Virus record (IMG/VR): IMGVR_UViG_3300026519_000009
Location: 1-64,000 of that record
DNA length: 64,000 bases
DNA from: a virus
Strand: one strand, 5' to 3'
The translations under genes were made by a program, and so were the position numbers. Below are positions 1 through 9,267 of the stretch, one piece after another (position 1 is the first letter of the stretch; each line of letters begins with the position of its first letter). Below the pieces are notes generated by a model, which had not been told where the DNA came from, did not search any database, and was given only the letters and a program-made list of their open reading frames with translations.

Positions 1-135
1 CCATGTCATATCAGTGTGGACAAGGTTCTTTAGTTAGTCAAATACGAGCAGGAATATCGCATATAGATGCTATTTTAAATCAACGTTCTATGGCGGCTGC
101 GGATAACGACACGCAATTAATGTAATTGTAATATG

Positions 136-477
136 TTATTTCGTAATAACGAACTCTCTACCACCAGCGCCTGTCGTACCACTTACTTTAAATTTTGTAC
201 CATGTGGAACAGTGCCCATTTTATTACTGCCTAATTGCTTAACACGTATGCCATCCATACCCATTTTTGTAATCAAAAACTTACCAGAATTTGTTTTAAT
301 TACATCATTTACCGATGGCGACATGCCGTATTTTGCTGTAATTTCATCAGCACCTTGTGTTTTTTCTGCTTGCGCTTGTTGTTTGGCCCGTTCTTCGTCT
401 TTTAACTCACGCGCCCATGCAAGGTCAACACTATCAATTTCTATTAAGAATTCTTTAAAGGTTTTAGTATTACTCAT
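136..477 (-). CDS. Small phage protein with T4-like capsid-targeting N-terminus (candidate internal head protein)
   Basis: 113-aa ORF; N-terminus MSNTKTFKEFLIE resembles the T4 internal-protein CTS (MKTYQEFIAE). Confidence 0.5.
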   Translation of the reverse strand: MSNTKTFKEFLIEIDSVDLAWARELKDEERAKQQAQAEKTQGADEITAKYGMSPSVNDVIKTNSGKFLITKMGMDGIRVKQLGSNKMGTVPHGTKFKVSGTTGAGGREFVITK

Positions 478-512
478 CGCTTGTTTATTTCCCGGTGATT
501 ATATATGATTAG

Positions 513-764
513 TTAAACATCAACGTTATTACTATTTATAACGGCATTAATTATTTCTTCTAAAACACCCGAACCATATAACGCATGTTTTGCATTTGTC
601 CATGCGTTTTCGTCTGCATTTTTCAAACCATTAATAACTTCCTCCAACCTTGAAATTGTAGTGGACACGGCGGTTTCGTAGGATATCTGACCATACCCCT
701 TAATATTTAATGGCTTAGACGCATTATTATTTTCCGATAATTTCAATATTACATCAGATAGCAT
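513..764 (-). CDS. Hypothetical phage protein
   Basis: 83-aa ORF; ATAAATA motif upstream at 792-798 on the minus strand. Confidence 0.6.
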   Translation of the reverse strand: MLSDVILKLSENNNASKPLNIKGYGQISYETAVSTTISRLEEVINGLKNADENAWTNAKHALYGSGVLEEIINAVINSNNVDV

Positions 765-798
765 AATATATATCCCAAATAGTTATTGTAATATTTAT

Positions 799-861
799 CA
801 AATTGACAAAATATCACCACTAAATCAGCTTGCTGATTTAGTGGTGATCGATTTTCTTCAA
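799..861 (+). mobile_element. Palindromic mini-element (IS200/IS605-derived, PATE-like) copy
   Basis: TTTAT|CAAATTG...; perfect stem ATCACCACTAAATCAGC-tt-GCTGATTTAGTGGTGAT; ends TTCAA. Confidence 0.8.
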
Positions 862-892
862 TATTTAGTGGGCGTAGGAAAACGTAAGTGAA

Positions 893-1084
893 TCAACCCA
901 ACAGCAATTGATCTCCACTTTCCACAATAGGAACGATTATTGCAACTTTTTGTTCGGCTTCGGTAAGACTCATCATTGCCATTTCAGCGCTTATCGTTGT
1001 TGGAAAACGTGCGGATACTTCCATACCATTGATTTTAATAACATAAAACACCTTATTCGTACTATCGGTTATCAGATTATCCAT
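893..1084 (-). CDS. Hypothetical phage protein
   Basis: ORF with GAGGG RBS before MDNLITD. Confidence 0.55.
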   Translation of the reverse strand: MDNLITDSTNKVFYVIKINGMEVSARFPTTISAEMAMMSLTEAEQKVAIIVPIVESGDQLLLG

Positions 1085-1116
1085 TAACTTCCCTCTCGTT
1101 ATATAATATATTAATG

Positions 1117-1476
1117 TCAGCAACCACTACCATCAGTATATTTATTCTTATTATCTTGACTTGTAATAGTTTCATTAAGAAGTACATCAGGTGTATTGGC
1201 ATCTACATCACCATTATCAAAACATTTTTGTGTTTCATATGGTCCTGCAATCGTTCGATAATGTTCTAGCTGTACGCATGTCAATAATCCAATAGCACTA
1301 TTTATGTCCGCATAATTTGTATTATAACAAGTTCGTAGTAATTTTGTTATAATGTAGTTTAAATTACCTTCCATTTGATTTTCATCGTCATCTAACTCTA
1401 ATTGAACAAGCGCCGAGCGTACCTTTTCAATTACTGGGTCTAAAACTTCCCGTTTATGTTGTTTAATATATGGCAT
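1117..1476 (-). CDS. Conserved-looking phage hypothetical protein (MPYIKQ... type)
   Basis: 119-aa ORF with GGAGGT RBS. Confidence 0.65.
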   Translation of the reverse strand: MPYIKQHKREVLDPVIEKVRSALVQLELDDDENQMEGNLNYIITKLLRTCYNTNYADINSAIGLLTCVQLEHYRTIAGPYETQKCFDNGDVDANTPDVLLNETITSQDNKNKYTDGSGC

Positions 1477-1540
1477 TAAATCACCTCCTATTTATGAAAT
1501 TTATATTGCGTAACATATTCTACGTCAGCGCTTGTTCGAT

Positions 1541-1720
1541 TCAAGGTAATAGTACCATAGCTTGTATTACAATCTCAATATTATCTGGTGCTATTTTTAT
1601 TTTATGTAGTGTACCATGTAATTTCCATCCATCCGCTAGTAAATTATTTACTTCAGTAGATACGTTACTAGGAATCCCCTCTACAATATGATATTTGCTA
1701 ATTCGTTTATTGTGTTTCAT
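1541..1720 (-). CDS. Small DUF1737-like protein (59 aa, below ORF-track cutoff)
   Basis: Manual translation MKHNKRISKYHIVEG...VNNLLADGWKLHG...QAMVLLP. Confidence 0.5.
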   Translation of the reverse strand: MKHNKRISKYHIVEGIPSNVSTEVNNLLADGWKLHGTLHKIKIAPDNIEIVIQAMVLLP

Positions 1721-1796
1721 GTGATATAGTCACTTATGCTATAATGTTCAATTTCACCTAACTTGGCACGCTTACACGATGTAGTTTTGTCGCAAT

Positions 1797-1859
1797 CCAT
1801 AGTATTTGCCGGAATGCCACTTCCAAATCAGCGAGCTGATTTGGAAGTGGTCGCTTCAC
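1797..1859 (+). mobile_element. Palindromic mini-element copy; supplies the TGA stop of the adjacent minus-strand gene
   Basis: CCACTTCCAAATCAGC-ga-GCTGATTTGGAAGTGG-TCGCTTCAC; left end degenerate. Confidence 0.8.
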
Positions 1860-2131
1860 TTTAATTCACGCCATATCATCATTTTCTTCGTGTTTTTATC
1901 CTTACGTACAAACACCTGTCCTGAATTTGAATATATATCATGGCGTTTTATTTGTCGAAGCACATTTGTTGACACGTTATGTACACGCGCAAATTCATTA
2001 AAATCAACAGCGATATGTGGGATTTTTTTAAAAGCTAATGCAATTTTATTCCCTTTCGGTCCACGTTTTTTAAGTTTCTTTTTTTGTTTTGTTGCTGTTT
2101 GTGGGGGCGAATGTGGTAATGTGTCTTTCAT
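1856..2131 (-). CDS. Basic hypothetical protein, possibly DNA-binding
   Basis: GGAGGA RBS before MKDTL; Lys/Arg-rich. Confidence 0.55.
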   Translation of the reverse strand: MKDTLPHSPPQTATKQKKKLKKRGPKGNKIALAFKKIPHIAVDFNEFARVHNVSTNVLRQIKRHDIYSNSGQVFVRKDKNTKKMMIWRELK

Positions 2132-2369
2132 TAATATTCCTCCAATTATAGTGTTCATTTCCGGTTTCCCGATAAGTCTTATCGCCAACGCGCTTGCTGC
2201 TGAATAAGCCGGTTGTTGTGTCCATTTGCGATGTGTACGCTGCATTTACAAGTTTACAAGCATTTTATGTGACGTTATTCTTACATAGACTTTCAAATAA
2301 GTCAAATCCAAATCATCAAAGCCGATCTTTGTGCGTTATAACAGTATGGTATGTGGTTGAATCCAATAT

Positions 2370-2398
2370 TTGACACAGCATCCTGTCGATGGTACAAT
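2370..2398 (+). promoter_or_regulatory. Sigma70-type promoter upstream of rpsU
   Basis: TTGACA-N17-TACAAT with extended -10 TG. Confidence 0.7.
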
Positions 2399-2434
2399 TG
2401 TATATTAACTATTAACATTATAAAGGGAATGTGT

Positions 2435-2653
2435 ATGGCTACCGTAAAACAAAAACATGTAAATGAAAGATTTGACAGCTTACTTCGGAGATTTAAAAAG
2501 GCAGTAGATAATGATAATATAATTAAGGAATATAGAAATCGTGAATTCTATTCAAAACCATCATTAAAACGAAAAGCCAAACGGGCGGCGGCGATTAAGC
2601 GTGCCGAAAAACAACATAATGAATCCGTCATGTTGAAAACCCGATTATACTGA
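2435..2653 (+). CDS. rpsU: Phage-encoded 30S ribosomal protein bS21
   Basis: NERFDSLLRRFKKAV...EYRNREFYSKPSLKRK...AAAIKR; ends in TRLY like gammaproteobacterial S21. Confidence 0.9.
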   Translation: MATVKQKHVNERFDSLLRRFKKAVDNDNIIKEYRNREFYSKPSLKRKAKRAAAIKRAEKQHNESVMLKTRLY

Positions 2654-2656
2654 TTC

Positions 2657-3038
2657 ATGTTCCACTGGACTTACACAGAAATCTTTGGTAAACTAACGCG
2701 GTATTGCGAAGATCAAGTTGTTATTGTTCGCAAATTACCGTCTAGTTACGCGAGCCAACAACGATGCACCAAAGGCGGCTGGGTACAAAAAACCAATAGA
2801 AATGGTAAAACATTTGAATGCCAGTCATGCGGTCACGCCGCAGATGCGTATATCAATGCCGCCATTAATATCGGAAGCGAATTGTCAACGTTGTCAAATC
2901 GCAAGTTACTAGACAACAATAATGGATTTTATTGGAATCTAGTAGATCAGGAGCAGTATATAGTCCCTGATTACCAAAAAACATTGAATAATATATTGTA
3001 ATGGTTTACAATATATGTATATTCAAAATGTAACTATC
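2657..3038 (+). pseudogene. tnpB: tnpB 3' remnant (second family) with downstream end region
   Basis: Degenerate zinc ribbon and RuvC-III: NRNGKTFECQSCGHAADAYINAAINI; 3' region repeated at 57889-57999. Confidence 0.7.
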
Positions 3039-3062
3039 TGGGTGTTGTTTAAGAGAATTTAT

Positions 3063-3723
3063 CCAAGTGGCCGGATAGACACCATATTAAATACACAATG
3101 ATTAAGTGAATTTAGTTCTTGACTTGACATTTAACTATGGTATCATAACTATATGAAAAGAGCAATCATTCCTGATGATAAAGCCATGAAGACTTTAATA
3201 ATCCGTGTCAAGGACAACAAGCGCAAGGTTTTAAAGCAAAAGGCGTTTGAAGTCAATCAGGTGTGGAATGATGCAAATCATAAATGGTCAACCAAGATAG
3301 TAAAAGAAAACGAATTAATAGCGATTGGTAATGTTAGTGCGTCTAAGTTAGCAAAAACCAAGATGGCTAAATCCGTATTAGACGCAGGTTGGTATCAACT
3401 AAAGAACATGCTCGATTATAAATCGAAAGCGATGCGATGCATGTTTGTTGAAGTCAACGAATCGTACACCACCCAAACTTGTTCGACGTGTCAAAAAATA
3501 ACTGACACGAGTCCGAAAGGTAGATCAGGCCTTGGAATAAGAGAATGGACGTGTTCCGGGTGTGGAACAAGGCATGATCGTGATATCAATGCAGCAACGA
3601 ACATTCTCCGCTTGGGAAGTCAAGCGCTGGTAGCAGGAGTCTGTGGAAACACAGAAGACACAATGGGTGACCATTGTGCGAATCCACCACCAAATCTTTG
3701 ATTTGGTGGTGGATTCGCTTCAA
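3063..3723 (+). mobile_element. Internally deleted IS200/IS605 (IS1341-like) element with truncated tnpB
   Basis: TTTAT|CCAAG left end; promoter TTGACT-N16-TATCAT; ORF 3153-3701; right hairpin followed by TTCAA. Confidence 0.85.
3153..3701 (+). pseudogene. tnpB: tnpB with in-frame internal deletion (RuvC-I missing)
   Basis: N-terminal KTLIIRVKD fused to AKSVLDAGW...VNESYTTQTCSTC...WTCSGCG..HDRDINAATNI. Confidence 0.85.
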
Positions 3724-3754
3724 AACAATCTATTACATAGGAGAATCTAAGAAA

Positions 3755-4630
3755 ATGAAAATATTAATGGTAGGCATTACCGCTATTTCACTACTATTGC
3801 TGGCGAATATAGCAGTTGGAAGTAGTACCTCCGGTTGGGGAACAAAACATGTGCATAACTCGAAATGTAATCACACAATTAACAAGAATAGAAACGTTAA
3901 TAAAAACATGAATGTTAACAAGAATAGAAACGTTAATAAAAACATGAATGTTAACAAGAATAGAAACGTTAATAAAAACATGAATGTTAACAAGAATAGA
4001 AACGTTAATAAAAACATGAATGTTAACAAGAATAGAAATATTAATCGAAGTAATAACAATCTGAGGACAACAAGCGTTGCCAAAATTAATGGTTCAGGTA
4101 ATAGTAAAAATTACAACAAAACTACCAGTTCGGCAAATGCAACGGGTGGTTCGGCAAATGCAACGGGTGGTTCCGCACAACAAAAACAAAGCCAATCACA
4201 ATCGTTGAATAATTCAGGAAATTCGTCGGCGACAGCGGTGGGTGGTGATGTTTTAGCCAACGGTGCAATTCAGATATCTGACAATTCTAGCACAGTATAT
4301 AAGGCAGCGCGGATTCCTGTAAATACGGCATGGGCAGCCCCATTGGTGGCAAGCGATGATACTTGCATGGGCAGCACTAGTGCTGGTGGACAAGGCATTA
4401 CTATTGGGTTAAGTTTTAGCACAACTTGGAGTGATTCCGACTGTGTTGTTCGTAAGGATGCACGTTTTTTGCACAATACACATCGTCCAGACATTGCGTT
4501 ATCATTAATGTGTTCTAAGAAATCCGTTAAGGAAGCGGTTAGGAGGGCAGGTAGCGACGCTGAAAAACGTAGTTGTGGTCTATTAGAACCGGCACCAACA
4601 GTAACCGAAGAATATGGCGAAAGGGGTTGA
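3755..4630 (+). CDS. Secreted low-complexity Asn-rich repeat protein
   Basis: GGAG RBS; signal peptide; (NKNRNVNKNMNV)n; Cys-containing C-terminal domain. Confidence 0.7.
   Translation: MKILMVGITAISLLLLANIAVGSSTSGWGTKHVHNSKCNHTINKNRNVNKNMNVNKNRNVNKNMNVNKNRNVNKNMNVNKNRNVNKNMNVNKNRNINRSNNNLRTTSVAKINGSGNSKNYNKTTSSANATGGSANATGGSAQQKQSQSQSLNNSGNSSATAVGGDVLANGAIQISDNSSTVYKAARIPVNTAWAAPLVASDDTCMGSTSAGGQGITIGLSFSTTWSDSDCVVRKDARFLHNTHRPDIALSLMCSKKSVKEAVRRAGSDAEKRSCGLLEPAPTVTEEYGERG
3881..4038 (+). repeat. 36-bp tandem repeat, about 4.4 copies
   Basis: AACAAGAATAGAAACGTTAATAAAAACATGAATGTT, perfect copies. Confidence 0.95.
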
Positions 4631-4639
4631 TAACCCAAT

Positions 4640-4690
4640 GATATTTGCTATCAATAATATTTGATAGCAAATATCAGCTTGTTTTTTGTT
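4640..4690 (+). terminator. Intrinsic terminator-like hairpin
   Basis: GATATTTGCTATCAA...TTGATAGCAAATATC followed by a T-rich tract. Confidence 0.6.
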
Positions 4691-4744
4691 TTGATAGTGA
4701 TATAGTAAGATTTAATCTTCATTCATACAACAAATTAATAATTT

Positions 4745-5389
4745 ATGGTGACACCAATGTTTAAAATATTTTCAATATTATCTGTTTTTTACATATTAGT
4801 AGGTTGCGCAAGCACCACACCACTTCGTAGCGTTCATTATATAGCTGATGATTGGATTGTGGCTGGTATGGTTGAACAATCAAAAATATTTGTCCACACC
4901 CGAAATTTAGGCAATTTTAAAGAAACCATTGTAAATTCAGAAACTACGTTTTCCACATATGTGATTAAGCACGGGGATACTTTATCCCGAATTTCAAAAC
5001 TGATGTATGGTTCTACCGAATATGCTGGTGCAATTGCGTTTCACAACGATATCGATAATCCCAATGAAATTATCGTTGATGAGCCTATCCGAATACCATT
5101 TATTAATACCACGGAACATGATGTCGTTATTAATAAATGGGAAGTCAGATATGTGAACGCAAGTGACGTATCATTATGTATAAATGTTACCTTCATCAAC
5201 AATGATTATGCAATCAACATAGCGGATGGGTGGTACCATTTAGAACCAACCAGTACCATATACGTTGGTGATATTACGCAAGAATATTGGGAACTGGATG
5301 AAGCTATCGTTACATTGGATGATGCAGCATGGGCGGTCAACATCATCGAAGTGGTAGATTATTCCAAACAAACAGGTTGTAAATTTTAA
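4745..5389 (+). CDS. LysM-domain lipoprotein
   Basis: Lipobox LVGC; LysM YVIKHGDTLSRISKLMYG...NDIDNPNEI. Confidence 0.8.
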   Translation: MVTPMFKIFSILSVFYILVGCASTTPLRSVHYIADDWIVAGMVEQSKIFVHTRNLGNFKETIVNSETTFSTYVIKHGDTLSRISKLMYGSTEYAGAIAFHNDIDNPNEIIVDEPIRIPFINTTEHDVVINKWEVRYVNASDVSLCINVTFINNDYAINIADGWYHLEPTSTIYVGDITQEYWELDEAIVTLDDAAWAVNIIEVVDYSKQTGCKF

Positions 5390-5419
5390 TAACAAGAATA
5401 TATTATTAAGGGGTGGCAC

Positions 5420-6499
5420 ATGCGGTTGATAGAAGATATAAAACTTGACTACACTGATGTATTATTTGTACCAAAGCGATCTACATTAACATCCCGAAAG
5501 CATGTTGTTCTTGAGCGGAAACAACAGTTTCTACATACTAGTAACAAATATAATGGCATTGGAATCATTAGTGCAAATATGGATCATACTGGTACCTTTG
5601 AAATGGCACGGGCACTAAGTGCCCTAAACGTATCAACCGCGTTACATAAGCACTATGCCGCCGATGAATTAATTACATTCTTTTCGGATAACAATGAACA
5701 AAATCATATAATTTTCTATTCAATGGGGATTAGTAAAACCGATTACGATAAATTCAAGCAGGTGTATAAACACCATAAAACGAATATTTCAGCGGTTTGT
5801 ATTGATGTTGCTAATGGATATACCACACAGTTTGAACAATTCATTACTAAAATTCGTAATGAATTCCCCAAATTAACAATAATGGCCGGAAGTGTTGTTA
5901 CGCCGGAAATGACAGAACAACTCTTATTAGCTGGTGCTGATATTATTCGCGTTGGTATTGGTAGTGGGAGCGTGTGTACCACACGAAAGCTTACTGGCGT
6001 AGGGTATCCACAATTAAGTGCAGTTATTGAATGTGCCGATGCAGCACACGGGCTAAAAGGTCATATATGCGCGGATGGTGGTTGCACTATGCCCGGTGAC
6101 ATATCAAAAGCGTTTGGTGCGGGTGCTGATTTCGTAATGTTAGGTGGTCTATTAGCAGGACACAAAGAATGTAATGGTGAATTAGTGTATCCCTCCAAAA
6201 ATATATCCGAGGGGGGTCCATTAATAGAAGAAGAGCCCACGCATATGCAATTCTATGGGATGAGTTCTGCGCTCGCCATGGAAAAATATGCGGGCGGTGT
6301 TGCTGATTATAGGGCTGCGGAGGGCAAGTCAGTATTGGTGCCCTATCGTGGTGCGGTAACGGACACGATGCACACGATTCTTGGTGGAATACGCAGCACA
6401 TGTACCTATGTCGGGGCTGTTTCATTAAAAGAATTAAGCAAACGCACTACTTTTATTCGTGTGAATCAATCTCACAACACCATATTTGGGGATGAATAA
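5420..6499 (+). CDS. guaC: GMP reductase
   Basis: ANMDHTG, DVANGY, GIGSGSVCTTR, ECADAAHGL, ADGGC, FYGMSS motifs. Confidence 0.95.
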   Translation: MRLIEDIKLDYTDVLFVPKRSTLTSRKHVVLERKQQFLHTSNKYNGIGIISANMDHTGTFEMARALSALNVSTALHKHYAADELITFFSDNNEQNHIIFYSMGISKTDYDKFKQVYKHHKTNISAVCIDVANGYTTQFEQFITKIRNEFPKLTIMAGSVVTPEMTEQLLLAGADIIRVGIGSGSVCTTRKLTGVGYPQLSAVIECADAAHGLKGHICADGGCTMPGDISKAFGAGADFVMLGGLLAGHKECNGELVYPSKNISEGGPLIEEEPTHMQFYGMSSALAMEKYAGGVADYRAAEGKSVLVPYRGAVTDTMHTILGGIRSTCTYVGAVSLKELSKRTTFIRVNQSHNTIFGDE

Positions 6500-6637
6500 T
6501 GGACGAATTGATAATTGTAAGCTACATCATCAGCAACAAGTTGGTATTACTAACTTGTTACCGAAACACTACACCCAATTTTAACTTGCCAATTTGATGG
6601 TGTAGTCTAATTTCATTTCTAAAAATCATCGACACCA

Positions 6638-6696
6638 TTGAAGCAATCACCACCAATTCAGCAAGCTGAATTGGTGGTGATATTTCGGCAACTTGT
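6638..6696 (-). mobile_element. Palindromic mini-element copy
   Basis: TTGAAGC-AATCACCACCAATTCAGC-aa-GCTGAATTGGTGGTGAT-ATTTCGGCAACTTG; a further decayed copy may lie at about 6552-6614. Confidence 0.8.
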
Positions 6697-6701
6697 GTAA
6701 A

Positions 6702-7067
6702 TTAATTTTTGGGAGTTTTTCCCATTAATCTAGCATTTAGTTTAGATAAAATGTTACTAATAGACTTACGTTTTGATATAGCTGCTTTTCGATTTATCAC
6801 GCCTTTTTTGGTTCGCATGATTTTCTTTCCCCTGCGTACCTTTTTGGGGTCTTTGCGCGTAGCGCAACTACCCGGCGATCCTACTAAACGATTTTTCTTT
6901 GGGCCAGACATACAACGATATTTTTTTACCAATTTCTGACCCTGGCGTTTCCATTGACGAACAGCAGCTTCAGATAGAATATTATCATCGCTATCTAAAT
7001 ATACTTCTTCAAACACGCATTCTGTTTCAAATATCACATCTTCCACTTTCATCGTTATATATTCCAA
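6702..7067 (-). CDS. Hypothetical protein with acidic N-terminus and very basic C-terminus (possible prohead-core/internal protein)
   Basis: LSE-type putative protease site followed by a Lys/Arg-rich region. Confidence 0.5.
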   Translation of the reverse strand: MEYITMKVEDVIFETECVFEEVYLDSDDNILSEAAVRQWKRQGQKLVKKYRCMSGPKKNRLVGSPGSCATRKDPKKVRRGKKIMRTKKGVINRKAAISKRKSISNILSKLNARLMGKTPKN

Positions 7068-7077
7068 TAAGTAAATA

Positions 7078-7332
7078 TTATTTTTCTTTTAAAGATAAAT
7101 TCTGCTTTGCACGAATCAACTGTTGTTTTAATTTTTCAATTCTAAGCTTTTCGGATTTATTTGGATCATCAGTCTGTTTAATCGCCCGCTGGTCATCAAT
7201 GCCCTGCGCCAGTTGTTTCTTACGATAGCGTTCAGGATCACGGGCAGCTTGTTTAACATCCGCCATTGCTTGCGTTGGATCATCACTAACGGTGAGTTCA
7301 GTCAAATATTGAATAAATGTTAAATGTTTCAT
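7078..7332 (-). CDS. Small protein with CTS-like N-terminus
   Basis: MKHLTFIQYLTE; start overlaps upstream stop (ATGA). Confidence 0.55.
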   Translation of the reverse strand: MKHLTFIQYLTELTVSDDPTQAMADVKQAARDPERYRKKQLAQGIDDQRAIKQTDDPNKSEKLRIEKLKQQLIRAKQNLSLKEK

Positions 7333-8366
7333 GAATTATGACCAAGGTTACGAATAATCAACGCGGACAATTCTTCTAATGAAATGTCGGCGTTGTCCAA
7401 ATCTTCATCTTCCTGATTTGTTTTATATGGAATACTATCGCCAACATTGATAGTGTTCTCCATTGAAAGCTTAACTTCAGCATTTTGTGCCTGCTCATGT
7501 TGATATCGCGCCAATTTAGCCATTTGCTTTGCTTCTTTTTCTTGGTCTTTAGCTTCTTTTTCAGCGGCTTTCATATCATATAATTGTTCATCCTTACGAA
7601 TATTAAAACTAGCCAAACGTGCGCCAGCTTCCGCCTCTTTTGCACGGGCTTCCGCTTGTTTTGCATCCGCTTCCGCACGGCGGGCATCCGCATCCGCCTT
7701 CATCATGTCAATAACTTGGTTTAACGCGGATTTTGCGGCATCATCGCCCGCATCGCCCGCATCGCCCGCATCAACACTATCCGCAGTGGAAACATCGGAT
7801 AAATCGCTACCATCATCCGGTTCACCGCCATCGCTTGGTGGTGTTTCCATACCACCATCTACCTCTTGTTCTTCTTCTACATCACCTTCTATATTTGGCC
7901 ATTCAACATCCACAATATCAAACTTATCCTTTAACTTAAATAATACTTCCGCAATTTCAATTGATGTATTAGAATCATCATTATCACTATCTTCGCCCGC
8001 CAGCATTGCGGCCAGTTGTTTTTCAAATTGCTCGGCATCCGCATCTGCCACATATACCTTGATCATATTACCATCTTCATCCTCAAGACCAAAAGCAACG
8101 GTGTCCCGTTCCTTTGCGTTTCGCTTGGAGGCACTTTCTATTTTAGACATAACATCGGACGAATCAAACTTGTTAGTATCTTTTGCTATTCCTAGCCCTT
8201 CGCCAATATTAATCACCCTGCGCAGCATTTTTGTATTTTTCTTTTTTCGTTTTTTTGCATCAACCAAACCACCTCCAAGTAGTGATCCTGGATACGCAGC
8301 AATACTACCAGCACTGGTGCTACCAGCCGAAGCCATTTCTTTAATAAGGGTATGTAATAATGACAT
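7329..8366 (-). CDS. Acidic coiled-coil protein (possible head internal/scaffold protein)
   Basis: 345 aa; LIKE-MASAG N-terminus; D/E-rich; ATAAATA upstream. Confidence 0.55.
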   Translation of the reverse strand: MSLLHTLIKEMASAGSTSAGSIAAYPGSLLGGGLVDAKKRKKKNTKMLRRVINIGEGLGIAKDTNKFDSSDVMSKIESASKRNAKERDTVAFGLEDEDGNMIKVYVADADAEQFEKQLAAMLAGEDSDNDDSNTSIEIAEVLFKLKDKFDIVDVEWPNIEGDVEEEQEVDGGMETPPSDGGEPDDGSDLSDVSTADSVDAGDAGDAGDDAAKSALNQVIDMMKADADARRAEADAKQAEARAKEAEAGARLASFNIRKDEQLYDMKAAEKEAKDQEKEAKQMAKLARYQHEQAQNAEVKLSMENTINVGDSIPYKTNQEDEDLDNADISLEELSALIIRNLGHNS

Positions 8367-8401
8367 ATAACTATTCCTATATAACTGTATATTCTATTTA
8401 T

Positions 8402-8829
8402 CTAAAATGCAGAAATACCACCGCCAAATTCAGCGAGCTGAATTTGGCGGTGGATTCGCATAATGATCACACATTATGCTGTCGGCAACTGTTGGCAACC
8501 TTCCGTGTTCCGTTGGTAGCCCATAGACACCTCCTACGATCGTTTCGCTTCACAAGTGGAGAATGTTCATCGCTGCATTGACAACGCGCTCATGTATTGT
8601 TCCACGCTTGATTGACAACAAACGCCTTTTGAATCAATACTTTGCGTTTGTTGTCATTGACACGAAACTTTAATGTCTTCATGACTTTATTGTCGGAATG
8701 AATGCACTTTTTCACATAAACGGTGTACCATAGTTAAATGTCAGATCAAGAACTAAATTCACTATGGTGCCTATCCAACCACTTCCAAATCAGCAAGATG
8801 AATTTGGAAGTGGTATTCCGGTAACTTGG
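8402..8829 (-). mobile_element. Decayed tnpB element with a left end on both sides, between divergent genes
   Basis: Reverse-complement similarity to 3063-3723; hairpins at about 8418-8453 and 8779-8813; both ends abut ATAAATA motifs. Confidence 0.85.
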
Positions 8830-8836
8830 ATAAATA
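8830..8836 (+). promoter_or_regulatory. Putative T4-like late promoter (ATAAATA)
   Basis: Motif recurs upstream of structural genes (12554, 23699, 26064, 45831 and several minus-strand sites); resembles T4 TATAAATA. Confidence 0.6.
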
Positions 8837-8859
8837 GAATAAATTAATGGATATTTAAT

Positions 8860-9240
8860 ATGGCGCACCAAACTAATCTTTACCGAGGCTACTCATCATT
8901 TAACTTTCAAAGCGATAAAACCTTTGCATTGCGCGATGTTGAACTCGTTCAGACGGAATTACTGGCCCATATATTTACCACCAAGGGGTCACGGGTCATG
9001 ATGCCAAATTTTGGCAGCAATATCCCAACAATGGCATTTGAACCATTAGACGAAATGATAGTTGATGAAGTTTATACCGAATTATTAAATATTTTTGACT
9101 ATGATCCAAGAGTTGAAGTGGTTTCATTGCGTGTTATCCCGGACTTCGACAATAATTCAATAGAGGCACGTGCTAGATTACGATATATCGAATTAGATAC
9201 TGTCGATGACTTCGACCTAAATATAGACTTTGAAAATTAA
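8860..9240 (+). CDS. Baseplate wedge subunit, GPW/gp25 family
   Basis: IFTTKGSRVMMPNFGSNIP..AFEPLD...YDPRV motif. Confidence 0.9.
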   Translation: MAHQTNLYRGYSSFNFQSDKTFALRDVELVQTELLAHIFTTKGSRVMMPNFGSNIPTMAFEPLDEMIVDEVYTELLNIFDYDPRVEVVSLRVIPDFDNNSIEARARLRYIELDTVDDFDLNIDFEN

Positions 9241-9267
9241 ATAAAACATACAACATGAGAAATTATA

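Noticed and set aside
2295-2335. Possible further decayed element copy
   Set aside because: Only CCAAATC similarity; no stem or end motifs
3881-4038. 36-bp repeat as CRISPR direct repeats
   Set aside because: Head-to-tail, no spacers, in-frame coding
3871-4083. Very hydrophobic minus-strand ORF (LLTFMFLLTFLF)n
   Set aside because: Antisense shadow of the 36-bp repeat
7705-8370. Long antisense ORFs over real genes (also 41152-41712, 52751-53350 and others)
   Set aside because: Shadow frames with no motifs or RBS
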